Notes: a model not told the origin generated them from the sequence alone. DNA of 64,000 nucleotides from Candidatus Eiseniibacteriota bacterium (GCA_963725865.1 CAVSAC010000012.1:1-64000); one strand, 5' to 3'; numbered from the stretch's first letter, positions 1 to 23,160 are shown. Translations and numbers: made by a program.

Positions 1-35
1 GACCGGCTAATCGACGGAGGGCCACAAGTTTTCGT

Positions 36-65
36 TTGACACGCCTCGCTCGGCCCGCCTATCTT
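36..65 (+). promoter_or_regulatory. sigma70-type promoter for the tRNA-Thr/tuf transcript
   Basis: TTGACA (36-41), 18-nt spacer, TATCTT (60-65). Confidence 0.65.
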
Positions 66-236
66 CACGCGCTCGCACCCCACCCCGACGTCAGGCGTAG
101 TCCGCTGAACGGCACGGGGTAGTGCGTCTTCAAGAGACCCCAGGACGCTGATTCCAATACCTCGTCCGTGCAGCACGCGTCAGAGCGTGTGCCTCCTTAC
201 TGTGCTGCCCGCCGTGGAACGTCCCGGTCGCACGTA

Positions 237-312
237 GCCCACGTAGCTCAGTCGGCAGAGCATCTCCATGGTAAGGAGAAGGTCATCGGTTCGATTCCGA
301 TCGTGGGCTCCA
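237..312 (+). tRNA. tRNA-Thr(GGT)
   Basis: Cloverleaf GCCCACG...CGTGGGC-T-CCA; anticodon stem TCTCC/GGAGA with loop ATGGTAA; GGTTCGATT T-arm; classic position before tuf. Confidence 0.97.
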
Positions 313-533
313 CCTCGGGCGCAAGTGCATGGCTGACGGCGCGCAGGGTGGGTGACCAGCGGGGCGCAGTAGTCGGCAGGACGCGACGCCGTTCGCTTCG
401 AGCGGGGCGTTGCACATCGGTGAACTGGGTCTCGAACCGTTAGAGACGCGCGCGAGCGCGCATGGGCGAAGCCGTGTGCCGTTCCGCACGCACGGCATGA
501 CAACCAAAGTCCGCGAGACAGGAGCCTCTGGAC

Positions 534-1730
<1,197 letters not shown>

Positions 1731-1746
1731 ACGAAAGGCGAGAGCG

Positions 1747-1896
1747 ATGCGCGATCAGGTCACGCTTGCCTGCAACGACTGCAAGCGGCGCAACTACATC
1801 ACGACGAAGAACAAGCGGCTCCATCCGGACCGCGTCGAACAGAAGAAGTACTGCCCGTCCTGCCGGAAGCACACTGCTCACAAGGAGACGCGTTAG
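1747..1896 (+). CDS. rpmG: 50S ribosomal protein L33, Zn-ribbon (C+) type; not in the ORF track
   Basis: Manual translation [49 protein letters not shown]. Confidence 0.97.
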   Translation: MRDQVTLACNDCKRRNYITTKNKRLHPDRVEQKKYCPSCRKHTAHKETR

Positions 1897-1965
1897 TCCC
1901 GGGTGCGCGCGCCTGCGGGTGCGCGATGGCGGTGGCGGCATCGCGAGGTGCCGGGTGTCCGAGGC

Positions 1966-2042
1966 AGGCCAGTAGCTCAGCTGGCTAGAGCACCGGTCTC
2001 CAAAACCGGGGGTCGGGGGTTCGAATCCCTCCTGGCCTGCCA
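1966..2042 (+). tRNA. tRNA-Trp(CCA)
   Basis: AGGCCAG...CTGGCCT-G-CCA acceptor; anticodon loop CTCCAAA; located between rpmG and secE. Confidence 0.97.
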
Positions 2043-2111
2043 GTCTTCTGGCGGCAGGGCCGGAGCGCCCGCCGCACGAACGGCAGGCGGTCGAGTACGA
2101 AGCGAGGCGAG

Positions 2112-2336
2112 ATGGCTGAGACGACGACATCGACGACGACCACGACCTCGTGGATGGATCGCATCCGCGAGTTCTTCAAGGATGTCCGGACGGAGTCCAG
2201 CAAGGTCAGCTGGCCCACGCGGAACGAGCTGCGCGATTCGACCATCGTGGTCATCATCGCGGTGATCCTGGTATCGATCTTCGTTGGACTGGTCGACCAG
2301 GTGCTCACGCTGCTGATGCGGGTGATCATCCGCTGA
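2112..2336 (+). CDS. secE: Preprotein translocase subunit SecE
   Basis: E..KVSWPTR.E motif plus one TM helix; synteny. Confidence 0.96.
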   Translation: MAETTTSTTTTTSWMDRIREFFKDVRTESSKVSWPTRNELRDSTIVVIIAVILVSIFVGLVDQVLTLLMRVIIR

Positions 2337-2409
2337 TCGCGGTGGGCGCCCAAGGGCGCCGGCGCGGGCCGCGTGATGAGCGCGCGACGCCCAGGGGATG
2401 GGAAGGCAC

Positions 2410-2940
2410 ATGTCCAAGAAGTGGTACGTGATCCACACCTATTCGGGTCACGAGAACAAGGTCAAGACGAACCTCGAGAAGGCCATCCACTCGGCCGGGC
2501 TGGAGGATCGGTTCGGTCAGATCCTGGTGGCGACCGAGGAATTCGTCGAAATGAAGGACGGGAAGCGCAAGACCTCGAAGCGCAAGACGTTCCCTTCCTA
2601 CGTGATGGTCGAGATGGATCTCGACAACGACACGCGGCACCTGGTCCAGAACGTACCGGGTGTCACGCGCTTCATCGGCTCGGGACAGAACGCGGTCGCC
2701 CTCAAGGAGAACGAGGTGCGGCGCGTGCTCGGGCAGATGGAGCAGACGAAGTCGAAGCCGACGCCGACGGTGACGTTCCGTATCGGCGACCACGTGCGCG
2801 TGGTCGACGGTCCGTTCAGCGCGTTCACCGGCGTGGTGGACGAGGTGAACAACGAGCGCGGCAAGGTGAAGGTGATGGTCAGCATCTTCGGGCGCGCGAC
2901 GCCCGTCGAGCTGGACTTCCTGCAGGTGCAGCCGGTCTAG
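2410..2940 (+). CDS. nusG: Transcription termination/antitermination factor NusG
   Basis: KWYVIHTYSGHENKV, KOW motif DGPF, FGRATPVEL; start at MSKKW. Confidence 0.98.
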   Translation: MSKKWYVIHTYSGHENKVKTNLEKAIHSAGLEDRFGQILVATEEFVEMKDGKRKTSKRKTFPSYVMVEMDLDNDTRHLVQNVPGVTRFIGSGQNAVALKENEVRRVLGQMEQTKSKPTPTVTFRIGDHVRVVDGPFSAFTGVVDEVNNERGKVKVMVSIFGRATPVELDFLQVQPV

Positions 2941-3024
2941 CCGGTCGGAAGAGCGGTCCCGTGGCGGGAGCCGCTGACAGGCAGTGAGCGGTCGCGATCG
3001 GCGGCCGGACAGGAGAACGAGAAG

Positions 3025-3450
3025 ATGGCCAAGCCCATTCAGGCCATGGTGAAGCTGCAGTGCAACGCGGGGAGTGCGACGCCGGCGCCGCCGGTGGGAC
3101 CCGCCCTGGGTCAGCACGGCATCAACATCATGGAGTTCTGCAAGCAGTTCAACGCGAAGACCCAGCACCAGGCGGGACTCGTCATCCCCGTGGTGATCAC
3201 GATCTACAACGATCGCTCTTTCACCTTCGTCACCAAGACGCCGCCGGCAGCGATCCTGCTGAAGCGGGCCGCGGGGCTGGCGAAGGGTTCTGGGGTGCCG
3301 AATCGCACCAAGGTCGGCACGGTCACGAAGGCGCAGGTCCGCGAGATCGCGGAGCTCAAGGCCCCGGATCTGAATTCCGCTTCGGTCGAGGCGGCCGAGC
3401 GGATGGTCATGGGAACGGCCCGCAGCATGGGCATCGAGATCGCCCCGTAG
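3025..3450 (+). CDS. rplK: 50S ribosomal protein L11
   Basis: [29 protein letters not shown]. Confidence 0.99.
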   Translation: MAKPIQAMVKLQCNAGSATPAPPVGPALGQHGINIMEFCKQFNAKTQHQAGLVIPVVITIYNDRSFTFVTKTPPAAILLKRAAGLAKGSGVPNRTKVGTVTKAQVREIAELKAPDLNSASVEAAERMVMGTARSMGIEIAP

Positions 3451-3466
3451 GAAGGGAAGGAACCGG

Positions 3467-3667
3467 ATGGTTCGCCTGGACAAGGAGAGTGCGGAGCAGC
3501 TGCTGAGGGGCAAGACCCCGCGCGAGATCTACGACATCGTGCGGGACCAGGTCTCCAAGGCTCCGGACGCCAGCATCAACGACTTCTTCGAGACCCTCGA
3601 CTGGGTCGTGAAGGAAGGCTACGCCACCGAGGCGCAGCTCGAGGCCGTCGAGGAGGAGAACGGTTAG
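3467..3667 (+). CDS. Small acidic hypothetical protein (66 aa) inside the rplK-rplA operon
   Basis: Purine-rich RBS (GGGAAGGA) before ATG; codon usage like neighbouring r-protein genes; protein-like helical composition. Confidence 0.8.
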   Translation: MVRLDKESAEQLLRGKTPREIYDIVRDQVSKAPDASINDFFETLDWVVKEGYATEAQLEAVEEENG

Positions 3668-3778
3668 TCCGCTCTTCGGGTGGGCGCGTGAGCGAGCGTC
3701 GCGCGCGCCCCGCGGGTGCGGAGCCTCGGCTCCGTGTCCCCTGCCTGCCGGCCAATCGACGCACGACAACCTGAACCG

Positions 3779-3820
3779 CGTGGGAGTGACGCCGACCACC
3801 GACGTCACGCCGGAACCACG
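3779..3820 (+). promoter_or_regulatory. Putative L1-binding autoregulatory RNA structure upstream of rplA
   Basis: CGTGG-GA-GTGACG...CGTCAC-GCCGGAA-CCACG: two helices with an asymmetric GA/GAA internal loop, directly before the GGAGG RBS. Confidence 0.6.
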
Positions 3821-3829
3821 GGAGGACCC

Positions 3830-4540
3830 ATGAAGCACGGCAAGCGTTATCGCGCGGCAGCCGAGCTCGTGACCAAGTCGGGAGCGGTGAAGAACCTCTC
3901 CGACGCGGTCAAGCTCGTGAAGCAGACCGCGCGCGCCAAGTTCGACGAGACGATCGTCATCTCGTCGAATCTGGGCGTGGACCCGCGCCACTCGGACCAA
4001 CTGGTCCGCGGCACGGTGGTCCTGCCCCACGGCACCGGCAAGAGCCTTCGCGTGCTGGTGCTGTGCAAGGGCGACAAGCAGAAGGAAGCCCTCGCGGCCG
4101 GCGCGGATCTCGCCGGCGCCGAGGAGTACGTGAAGAAGATCCAGGACGGCTGGCTCGACATCGACGCGATCGTCGCCACGCCGGACATGATGGGCGAGGT
4201 CGGCAAGCTCGGACGCGTGCTCGGTCCGCGCGGCCTCATGCCCAATCCGAAGAGTGGCACCGTGACCTTTGACGTCACCAAGGCGGTGCGCGAGCTGAAG
4301 GCCGGCAAGATCGAGTTCCGCGTCGACAAGGGCGCCAATGTGCATGCCCCGGTCGGCAAGGCGTCGTTCGGCGAGGACAAGCTCCTCGACAACGCGCGCA
4401 CGTTCCTGCGGGAGCTCCTCCGTGCCAAGCCCGCCGCCGCGAAGGGCGCGTTCATCAAGTCCCTGACCATGAGCTCGACGATGGGCCCCGGGGTGACGCT
4501 CGACCCCTCGACCATCGTGGCCGAGCTCACTCAGCACTAG
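3830..4540 (+). CDS. rplA: 50S ribosomal protein L1
   Basis: [37 protein letters not shown]. Confidence 0.99.
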   Translation: MKHGKRYRAAAELVTKSGAVKNLSDAVKLVKQTARAKFDETIVISSNLGVDPRHSDQLVRGTVVLPHGTGKSLRVLVLCKGDKQKEALAAGADLAGAEEYVKKIQDGWLDIDAIVATPDMMGEVGKLGRVLGPRGLMPNPKSGTVTFDVTKAVRELKAGKIEFRVDKGANVHAPVGKASFGEDKLLDNARTFLRELLRAKPAAAKGAFIKSLTMSSTMGPGVTLDPSTIVAELTQH

Positions 4541-4549
4541 GGGGAACTC

Positions 4550-5068
4550 ATGCCGACTCCAGAGAAGGTGGAGGTCCTCCAGAAGACCACCGATCGCATC
4601 GAGGGCGTGCGAGGCATCTACCTGGCCGACCTCTCGGGCATGACCGTCGAGCAGGCGACACTGCTGCGCCGGCGGTGCCGCGAGCAGCAGATCCAGGTGA
4701 CGGTCATCAAGAACACGCTGCTCAAGCGGGCGTTCAACGCTCGCGGCATCACCGAGCTGGATGCCTTCCTCGCCGGGCCCACGAGCCTCGTGTACAGCTC
4801 GGTGAACGAGATGGCGCCGGCGAAGGTGCTCTCGGAATTCAAGAAGGAGTTCGAGAGGCCGCAGATCAAGGCTGCGGTGGTGGACGGAAAGCTGTTCACG
4901 GCCAAGGAGATCGCAGTGCTGGCGACGCTGCCGAGCCGCGAGGTCCTGCTCGGCATGGTGCTGGGAACGCTCATCGCACCGATGACCACGTTCCTGGCGG
5001 CGATCGACGCCACGCTGCGACTGCCGGCCACGATGGCCGAGGTGCTGGAGAGGGAGCGCAGTCAGTAG
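4550..5068 (+). CDS. rplJ: 50S ribosomal protein L10
   Basis: [17 protein letters not shown]; synteny. Confidence 0.96.
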   Translation: MPTPEKVEVLQKTTDRIEGVRGIYLADLSGMTVEQATLLRRRCREQQIQVTVIKNTLLKRAFNARGITELDAFLAGPTSLVYSSVNEMAPAKVLSEFKKEFERPQIKAAVVDGKLFTAKEIAVLATLPSREVLLGMVLGTLIAPMTTFLAAIDATLRLPATMAEVLERERSQ

Positions 5069-5159
5069 TCCCGACATCGACGATCTCCGGGACCTGCGTC
5101 CCGGTCACGGTTTGAAACAACGCAACGCCCATGTGGGCACACAGAAGGAGATTCCGACC

Positions 5160-5543
5160 ATGTCCAGCACGATCGACCAGGTTCTCGACCTCATCGGCAA
5201 CATGACCGTCCTCGAGTTGTCCGAGCTGAAGAAGAAGTACGAGGAGAAGTTCGGCGTCACGGCGGCGGCCCCGATGATGGCGATGCCGATGGGCGGCATG
5301 GGTGGCGGCGGCGCGGCGGTGGTCGAGGAGAAGACGGAGTTCGACGTCGTCCTGACCGGCGCCGGTGACAAGAAGATCCAGGTCATCAAGGTGGTGCGCG
5401 AACTGACGGGCCTGGGCCTCAAGGAGGCGAAGGACCTGGTCGACGGCGCCCCGAAGAACGTGAAGGAGAAGGTCACCAAGGCCGAGGCCCAGGAGATGAA
5501 GGCGAAGCTCGAGGAGCAGGGCGCGTCCGTTGAGATCAAGTAG
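5160..5543 (+). CDS. rplL: 50S ribosomal protein L7/L12
   Basis: [42 protein letters not shown]. Confidence 0.99.
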   Translation: MSSTIDQVLDLIGNMTVLELSELKKKYEEKFGVTAAAPMMAMPMGGMGGGGAAVVEEKTEFDVVLTGAGDKKIQVIKVVRELTGLGLKEAKDLVDGAPKNVKEKVTKAEAQEMKAKLEEQGASVEIK

Positions 5544-5651
5544 CGCCCCCCGTCTTCCCTGGTCGCGTGTGAGCCCCGGTTCGGCGCGCGGACGCTCGTC
5601 CGTGCGCCGCCGGGGAAGCATCACTTCCCCACAGAGAAAGGCGGGAAGGCC

Positions 5652-9524
<3,873 letters not shown>

Positions 9525-9594
9525 CGGACCTTCACCGTGACGGGCGCCGCGCCGCGGCGTCCCTGGGATTCCAACGCGGACCACGGAGATACTC

Positions 9595-13805
<4,211 letters not shown>

Positions 13806-13809
<4 letters not shown>

Positions 13810-13834
13810 CAGAGCGGAGCTAGGTGGGTAGATT
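13806..13834 (+). promoter_or_regulatory. sigma70-type promoter of the str operon, overlapping the rpoC stop codon
   Basis: TTGACA (13806-13811), 17-nt spacer, TAGATT (13829-13834). Confidence 0.7.
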
Positions 13835-13934
13835 TCCGGGCCTTGCGCGGCAACGGCGCATGTAGTCCCTTCACGGATGCCGTGGCCTGCCTGTCCGCGC
13901 ATGCCCTTCGTCGACAAGAGGTTGGAGGTCAACT

Positions 13935-14303
13935 GTGCCGACGCTGAGCCAGCTCGTCCGTCATGGGCGGCGGCCCCAGAAGAGTAAGACCGGTGCGCCT
14001 GCGCTGAAGGCGTGTCCGCAGAAGCGCGGCGTGTGCACTCGCGTGTACACCACCACGCCCAAGAAGCCGAACTCGGCGCTGCGCAAGGTGGCGCGTGTCC
14101 GGCTCACGAACGGTATCGAAGTGACCTGCTACATCCCGGGCGAAGGCCACAATCTGCAGGAGCACTCGATCGTGCTCATCCGCGGTGGCCGCGTGAAGGA
14201 CCTTCCCGGCGTGCGCTATCACATCGTGCGCGGGACGCTGGATGCGAGCGGTGTGCAGGGCCGCAAGAAGAGCCGTTCGAAGTACGGCACCAAGTCGAAG
14301 TAG
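13935..14303 (+). CDS. rpsL: 30S ribosomal protein S12
   Basis: [23 protein letters not shown]. Confidence 0.99.
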   Translation: MPTLSQLVRHGRRPQKSKTGAPALKACPQKRGVCTRVYTTTPKKPNSALRKVARVRLTNGIEVTCYIPGEGHNLQEHSIVLIRGGRVKDLPGVRYHIVRGTLDASGVQGRKKSRSKYGTKSK

Positions 14304-14403
14304 GGCACGACAGACGAGGCGGCGGTCCTGGATGGGGCCGACGCCCGACGACCGTGGGCGCGTCCGCCATCGGGCAGCCGCCGCACGGGGATGAGGAAGC
14401 GAG

Positions 14404-14874
14404 ATGCCTCGCAAGGGTTACATCCAGCGCCGCGAGCCGGCGCCGGATTCGAAGTATGACAGTGTGCTCGTGACCCGCTTCATCAGCTCGATGATGTCGG
14501 CGGGGAAGCGCTCGATCGCGGAGCGCGCCTTCTACACGGCGATGACCCTCATCGAGCAGAAGACCGGCACGGATTCGATGACGGTCCTCAAGCAGGCCAT
14601 GACCAACGTCAAGCCTGTGCTCGAGGTGAAGTCCCGCCGCGTGGGCGGTGCCAACTACCAGGTGCCGGTCGAGGTTCGTCCGGACCGCCGCAATGCGCTC
14701 GCGACGCGGTGGATCCTGACGTACGCCGAGTCCCGTACCGACCACTCGTTTGCCGAGAAGTTCGCGGCCGAGATCGTCGCCGCGTCGCGGAACGAGGGTG
14801 GCGCCGTCAAGAAGCGCGAGGACACGCACAAGATGGCGGAGGCCAACAAGGCCTTCGCGCACTACCGCTGGTAG
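14404..14874 (+). CDS. rpsG: 30S ribosomal protein S7
   Basis: RRVGGANYQVP, MAEANKAFAHYRW. Confidence 0.99.
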   Translation: MPRKGYIQRREPAPDSKYDSVLVTRFISSMMSAGKRSIAERAFYTAMTLIEQKTGTDSMTVLKQAMTNVKPVLEVKSRRVGGANYQVPVEVRPDRRNALATRWILTYAESRTDHSFAEKFAAEIVAASRNEGGAVKKREDTHKMAEANKAFAHYRW

Positions 14875-15059
14875 CCCACTCCTGACGGAAGGCCGGCCTT
14901 CGCGCCGGCCTGGGCTCGGATTCCGGGGCATCACGCTGCCGGGCCGGGCCTGACGGTCCCGGGTGGCCCGAGAAGTCCATCGCCGCACTTTCTGGTAACG
15001 GAAAGGCAGGTGGTGCCCGTCGATTGAAACAACCCAAGCGATAGAGGAACACGAAGCGG

Positions 15060-17138
<2,079 letters not shown>

Positions 17139-17225
17139 ACTTCCCGGCCCGGGGCCGCGCGACGCGCCGACCCGGGCCGTCTGATTGAAAATGACGAATC
17201 AGTCGCAAGAACGGGGGTTCCGTCC

Positions 17226-18422
<1,197 letters not shown>

Positions 18423-18432
18423 GGAGCCGACG

Positions 18433-18738
<306 letters not shown>

Positions 18739-18784
18739 GGCTCAGGGATCCTGAGGCCGCCCCGCGGCGGCCCGGAGAGAGAAC

Positions 18785-19408
18785 ATGATCGGACTCATCG
18801 GCAAGAAGGTCGGGATGACGAGCCTCTTCACGGAGAGTGGAGAGAGCGTCAACGTGACCGTCATCGAAGCGGGACCGTGCACGGTCATCGACGTGCGCAC
18901 GCCCGACCGGAACGGCTACGCCGCCGTGCAACTCGGCTTCGGCTCCAACAAGGAGTCGCGATTCACCCGCCCGGTGCTCGGCCAGTTCAAGAAGAAGAAC
19001 CTGCCGCCCTCGCGCACGCTGCGCGAGTTCCGCGTCGGGGACGCGGCGGGCTTCCAGGTCGGACAGAGCCTGACGGTGGCGCTGTTCGAGAAGGGCGAGA
19101 CCATCGACGTCGAGGGCACGACCAAGGGCCGTGGATTCGCCGGCGTGATCAAGCGCCACGGCTTCTCCGCGGGTCACGCGTCGCACGGCCCCACGATGGG
19201 GCGCGAGCCCGGCTCGATCGGCTCGTCGGCGTACCCGTCGCGCGTCATCAAGGGCAAGCGCCTGCCGGGTCGCATGGGTGGCAAGCGCCTGACGACGAAG
19301 AACCTCAGGGTCGTCCACGTCGACGCCGAGCAGAACGTGATCCTCGTGCGCGGCGCGGTGCCGGGGCCGGTCAACGGCCTCGTCTACGTCAAGAAGCAGG
19401 AAGGCTGA
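18785..19408 (+). CDS. rplC: 50S ribosomal protein L3
   Basis: [25 protein letters not shown]. Confidence 0.99.
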   Translation: MIGLIGKKVGMTSLFTESGESVNVTVIEAGPCTVIDVRTPDRNGYAAVQLGFGSNKESRFTRPVLGQFKKKNLPPSRTLREFRVGDAAGFQVGQSLTVALFEKGETIDVEGTTKGRGFAGVIKRHGFSAGHASHGPTMGREPGSIGSSAYPSRVIKGKRLPGRMGGKRLTTKNLRVVHVDAEQNVILVRGAVPGPVNGLVYVKKQEG

Positions 19409-19410
19409 CC

Positions 19411-20046
19411 ATGAACGCGATGACCGCGAAGATCTACGGCGCCGACGGGAGCGAGAAGGGCTCCGCCGCGCTGCCCGAGTCGCTGTTCGGGCAGCCGGTG
19501 CACGAGCACCTGCTCTGGCTCTCGGTGAAGCGCCACCTGGGCAACCAGCGCCAGGGCACGGCGGCGGTGAAGAACAAGGCGTTGGTCTCGGGCGGCGGCC
19601 GCAAGCCGTTCAAGCAGAAGGGCACCGGCCGCGCGCGCCAGGGCTCGAACACCTCGCCGCTGATGCCGGGCGGCGGCCGCGCGTTCGGTCCGCGGCCGCG
19701 CAGCTACCGGACCGACCTGCCGAAGAAGCAGCGCCACGCGGCGCTGGTCTCGGCGCTGTCGCTCAAGGCGGTCGAGCAGGCGGTCTACGTGCTCGACGTG
19801 CTGAAGCTCGACGGGCCGCGCACCAAGCCGGTCGCGGACGTGCTCAAGAATCTCGGCCTGCACGAGAAGCGCACGCTGCTCGTGCTGGGTGAGGCCGACG
19901 AGAACGTCGTGAAGTCGTGCCGCAACCTGAAGAACCTGCGGTTCACGCGGGCGCAGCAGCTCAACCCGTACGACCTGCTGGACTGCGAGGCCGTGCTGCT
20001 GACGGCCGCGGGACTCGAGCGCGTGAAGGAGGTCTACGCCCGATGA
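19411..20046 (+). CDS. rplD: 50S ribosomal protein L4
   Basis: RQGT, KPFKQKGTGRARQG, FGPRPR. Confidence 0.98.
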   Translation: MNAMTAKIYGADGSEKGSAALPESLFGQPVHEHLLWLSVKRHLGNQRQGTAAVKNKALVSGGGRKPFKQKGTGRARQGSNTSPLMPGGGRAFGPRPRSYRTDLPKKQRHAALVSALSLKAVEQAVYVLDVLKLDGPRTKPVADVLKNLGLHEKRTLLVLGEADENVVKSCRNLKNLRFTRAQQLNPYDLLDCEAVLLTAAGLERVKEVYAR

Positions 20047-20333
20047 AGGATCCGCGTTCGATCGTCCGCAAGGCGCTCATCACCGAGAAGGGTACCGTGA
20101 TGCGCGAGACGCGCAACCAGTACCACTTCGAGGTGGCGCGCGACGCCAACAAGATCGAGATCAAGCACGCGATCGAGACCATCTTCTCGGTGAAGGTGGC
20201 CGACGTGCGCACCATGCAGATGCGCGGCAAGGTCAAGCGGCAGGGGCGCTGGACCGGCAAGCGCAGCGACTGGAAGAAGGCGATCGTCACGCTCAAGCCC
20301 GATCAGAAGATCGAGCTGTTCGAGCAGATCTAG
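20043..20333 (+). CDS. rplW: 50S ribosomal protein L23
   Basis: ITEK, ANKIEIK, WKKAIVTL; ATGA overlap with rplD. Confidence 0.98.
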   Translation: MKDPRSIVRKALITEKGTVMRETRNQYHFEVARDANKIEIKHAIETIFSVKVADVRTMQMRGKVKRQGRWTGKRSDWKKAIVTLKPDQKIELFEQI

Positions 20334-20369
20334 CGGGACGCTCCGGCGACCGCCGCTCGAGAGGAACCT

Positions 20370-21194
20370 ATGGGCCTCAAGAAATTTCGACCAGTGACTC
20401 CCGCGCTCCGGCACACCGTGCTCCCGGACTTCTCCGAGATCACGCGCCGGAAGCCGTTGAAGTCGCTCACCGAGCCGGTCCGCCGCACCGGAGGCCGTGA
20501 CAACTACGGCCACGTGTCGATGCGCTGGATCGGTGGCGGCCACAAGCGCCGCTACCGCCTGATCGACTTCCGGCGGAACAAGGACGGCATCCCGGCCCGC
20601 GTGGCCAGCATCGAGTACGATCCCAACCGCTCGGCGCGCATCGCGCTGCTCAACTACGCCGACGGTGAACGGCGCTACATCGTCGCGCCCGATGGCCTCA
20701 AGGTGGGCGAGGTCCTGCAGTCGGGCCCGGATGCCGAGATCAAGGCCGGGAATTGCCTCCCGCTGAAGAACATTCCGCTCGGCACCAACGTGCACAACGT
20801 CGAGCTGGTTCCCGGCCGCGCGTCGCGCATCGCGCGCTCGGCGGGCTCCTTCTGCCAGCTGATGGCGAAGGAGGGCGACTACGCCCAGCTGCGCCTGCCC
20901 TCGGGCGAGGTGCGGAAGTTCCACGTGAACTGCCGCGCGGTCGTCGGTCAGGTCGGCAACATCGATCACGAGAACGTCTCGATCGGCAAGGCCGGGCGCT
21001 CCCGCTGGATGGGACGCAACCCGAGCGTGCGCGGCGTCGCGATGAACCCGGTCGACCACCCGATGGGTGGCGGCGAGGGCAAGTCGTCGGGTGGCCGCCA
21101 CCCATGCTCACCGTGGGGCAAGATCACCAAGGGCCTCAAGACCCGCAAGCGCAAGCTGAGCGACTCGCTCATCGTGCGCCGGCGGAAGAAGTAA
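20370..21194 (+). CDS. rplB: 50S ribosomal protein L2
   Basis: [25 protein letters not shown]. Confidence 0.99.
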   Translation: MGLKKFRPVTPALRHTVLPDFSEITRRKPLKSLTEPVRRTGGRDNYGHVSMRWIGGGHKRRYRLIDFRRNKDGIPARVASIEYDPNRSARIALLNYADGERRYIVAPDGLKVGEVLQSGPDAEIKAGNCLPLKNIPLGTNVHNVELVPGRASRIARSAGSFCQLMAKEGDYAQLRLPSGEVRKFHVNCRAVVGQVGNIDHENVSIGKAGRSRWMGRNPSVRGVAMNPVDHPMGGGEGKSSGGRHPCSPWGKITKGLKTRKRKLSDSLIVRRRKK

Positions 21195-21209
21195 GGGGAA
21201 TAGGACCAC

Positions 21210-21500
21210 ATGGCGCGTTCCATCAAAAAGGGGCCGTACGTCGTCGACTCCCTGGTCAAGAAGATCGAGACGCTCAATCGCGCCGGCGAGAAGCGCGTGC
21301 TCAAGACCTGGGCTCGGCGCTGCACCGTTCTGCCCGAGTTCGTCGGGCACACGCTCGCCGTGCACAACGGCAACAAGTTCATCCCGATCTACGTGACCGA
21401 GAACATGGTCGGTCACAAGCTCGGGGAGTTCGTCCCGACCCGCGTGTTCCGCGGTCACGGCGAGAAGGCGGCGGAGAAGGTCGCCGCGCCCGGGAAGTGA
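21210..21500 (+). CDS. rpsS: 30S ribosomal protein S19
   Basis: [16 protein letters not shown]. Confidence 0.99.
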   Translation: MARSIKKGPYVVDSLVKKIETLNRAGEKRVLKTWARRCTVLPEFVGHTLAVHNGNKFIPIYVTENMVGHKLGEFVPTRVFRGHGEKAAEKVAAPGK

Positions 21501-21504
21501 CGTC

Positions 21505-21843
21505 ATGAAAGCCAAAGCCATCCAGCGATACGTGCGGATCACGCCGCGGAAGTGCAATCAGGTCCTCGACCTGATCCGCGGGCAGAGCGTGGAGCAGGCC
21601 ACGGTCACGCTCCAGTTCACGCCCAAGATGGGTGCTCGCATCGTCCAGAAGGTCCTGAAGTCCGCGGTGGCCAATGCCCTGCACGAGGGCAAGGTCCGCA
21701 TCGAGGACCTCTACGTCGCCGAAGCGATCGTCGGCGCGGGACCGACCCTGAAGCGCTGGCTGCCGCGCGCCCAGGGGCGCGCCACCCCGCTGCTCAAGCG
21801 CACCAGCCACGTGTCGGTGACCGTGGCCACCAGGGAGGCCTGA
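21505..21843 (+). CDS. rplV: 50S ribosomal protein L22
   Basis: SAVANA, PRAQGRA, KRTSH. Confidence 0.99.
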   Translation: MKAKAIQRYVRITPRKCNQVLDLIRGQSVEQATVTLQFTPKMGARIVQKVLKSAVANALHEGKVRIEDLYVAEAIVGAGPTLKRWLPRAQGRATPLLKRTSHVSVTVATREA

Positions 21844-21847
21844 TCAC

Positions 21848-22513
21848 ATGGGCCAGAAGACCAATCCCATCGGCCTCCGTCTCGGGATCGTGAAGACGTG
21901 GGACTCGCGCTGGTTCGCCAAGCGCAACTACGCCGAGCTGCTGCGTGAGGATCTGCTCATCAAGCGGTACCTCAAGAAGCGGCTCTATCAGGCCGGGATC
22001 TCCAAGATCACGATCGAGCGCAAGGGCGACCGGGTCACGATCGGCATCAAGACCGCGCGGCCGGGCCTCGTGATCGGTCGCAAGGGCGAGCAGGTCGACA
22101 AGCTCTCCGAGGAGATGAAGCAGCTCACCAAGAAGGTGGTGCAGCTCAACATCGAGGAGATCAAGCGCGCCGACCTCGACGCCCAGCTGGTGGCCGAGCA
22201 CATCGCCAAGCAGCTCGAACAGCGCGTGTCCTTCCGCCGCGCGATGAAGAAGGCGATCGCCTCGTCGATGCGCGCGGGCGCGCAGGGCATCCGCATCGCC
22301 TGCGCGGGCCGCCTTGGCGGTGCCGAGATGGCGCGCTACGAGACTTACCGCGAAGGGCGAGTGCCGCTGCACACGCTCCGCGCCGACATCGATTTCGCGC
22401 GCGCGACCGCCAACACGGCTTACGGCACCTGCGGCGTGAAGGTGTGGATGTTCCACGGCGAAGTGCTGGACAAGGCGCAGCCGGGCGCGGCCCCGGCCGT
22501 CGCCGGTCGTTAG
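21848..22513 (+). CDS. rpsC: 30S ribosomal protein S3
   Basis: [34 protein letters not shown]. Confidence 0.99.
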   Translation: MGQKTNPIGLRLGIVKTWDSRWFAKRNYAELLREDLLIKRYLKKRLYQAGISKITIERKGDRVTIGIKTARPGLVIGRKGEQVDKLSEEMKQLTKKVVQLNIEEIKRADLDAQLVAEHIAKQLEQRVSFRRAMKKAIASSMRAGAQGIRIACAGRLGGAEMARYETYREGRVPLHTLRADIDFARATANTAYGTCGVKVWMFHGEVLDKAQPGAAPAVAGR

Positions 22514-22526
22514 GGGGAGTCGCGTC

Positions 22527-22949
22527 ATGCTGATGCCGAAGCGAGTCAAGTACCGGAAGCAGCAGCGGGGCCGCATGCGCGGGAAGGCGTATCGCGGCGG
22601 CACCGTGACGTTCGGGGAGTACGGGCTGCAGGCGCTCGAGCCGGCGTGGGTGACCAACCGCCAGATCGAGGCCGCCCGCGTGGCCATCACGCGCAGCATC
22701 AAGCGCGGCGGAAAGATGTGGATCCGCGTGTTCCCCGACAAGCCGGTCACCAAGAAGCCGGCCGAGACCCGAATGGGAAAGGGCAAGGGCGCTCCGGAGT
22801 TCTGGGTCGCCGTGATCAAGCCCGGTCGGGTCATGTTCGAGCTCGAAGGCATCCCGCGTGCAGCCGCGCAGGCGGCCATGAAGCTGGGCGCCTCGAAGCT
22901 GCCGATCCGTACGCGCTTCGTGGCTCGCGTCGAGCTGGGAGGGGAGTGA
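22527..22949 (+). CDS. rplP: 50S ribosomal protein L16
   Basis: [20 protein letters not shown]. Confidence 0.99.
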   Translation: MLMPKRVKYRKQQRGRMRGKAYRGGTVTFGEYGLQALEPAWVTNRQIEAARVAITRSIKRGGKMWIRVFPDKPVTKKPAETRMGKGKGAPEFWVAVIKPGRVMFELEGIPRAAAQAAMKLGASKLPIRTRFVARVELGGE

Positions 22950-22950
22950 C

Positions 22951-23160
22951 GTGGCTCAGGTCAAGCCGAATGGCATGCGGGACATGACGGTGGAGGAGCT
23001 CCAGGCGCGGGTGGCGGAGTTGCGCGAAGAGCTCTTCAATCTGCGATTCCGCAATTCGATGAAGCAACTCGACAACCCGTTGAAGATCCGCACGAGCCGG
23101 CGCGAGATGTCGCGTCTGCTCACGGTGCTCCGGGAAAAGGAGCGCCCGGCGCGCGCCTAG
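22951..23160 (+). CDS. rpmC: 50S ribosomal protein L29
   Basis: EELFNLRF, QLDNP; synteny. Confidence 0.96.
   Translation: MAQVKPNGMRDMTVEELQARVAELREELFNLRFRNSMKQLDNPLKIRTSRREMSRLLTVLREKERPARA

Noticed and set aside
2961..3010. Second L1-binding site upstream of rplK
   Set aside because: GGGAG plus a CCGCT/AGCGG stem is present, but the closing helix and internal loop are not convincing
3716..3829. N-terminal extensions suggested by the ORF track for rplA (also rplL, rplD, rplN, rpsE, MFS, pfk and the gamma subunit)
   Set aside because: Downstream starts have proper RBSs and match family N-termini; the extensions are just open GC-rich frames
13935..14303. Streptomycin-resistance changes in S12
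   Set aside because: The K42 and K87 regions (TPKKPNS, RVKDLP) are wild type
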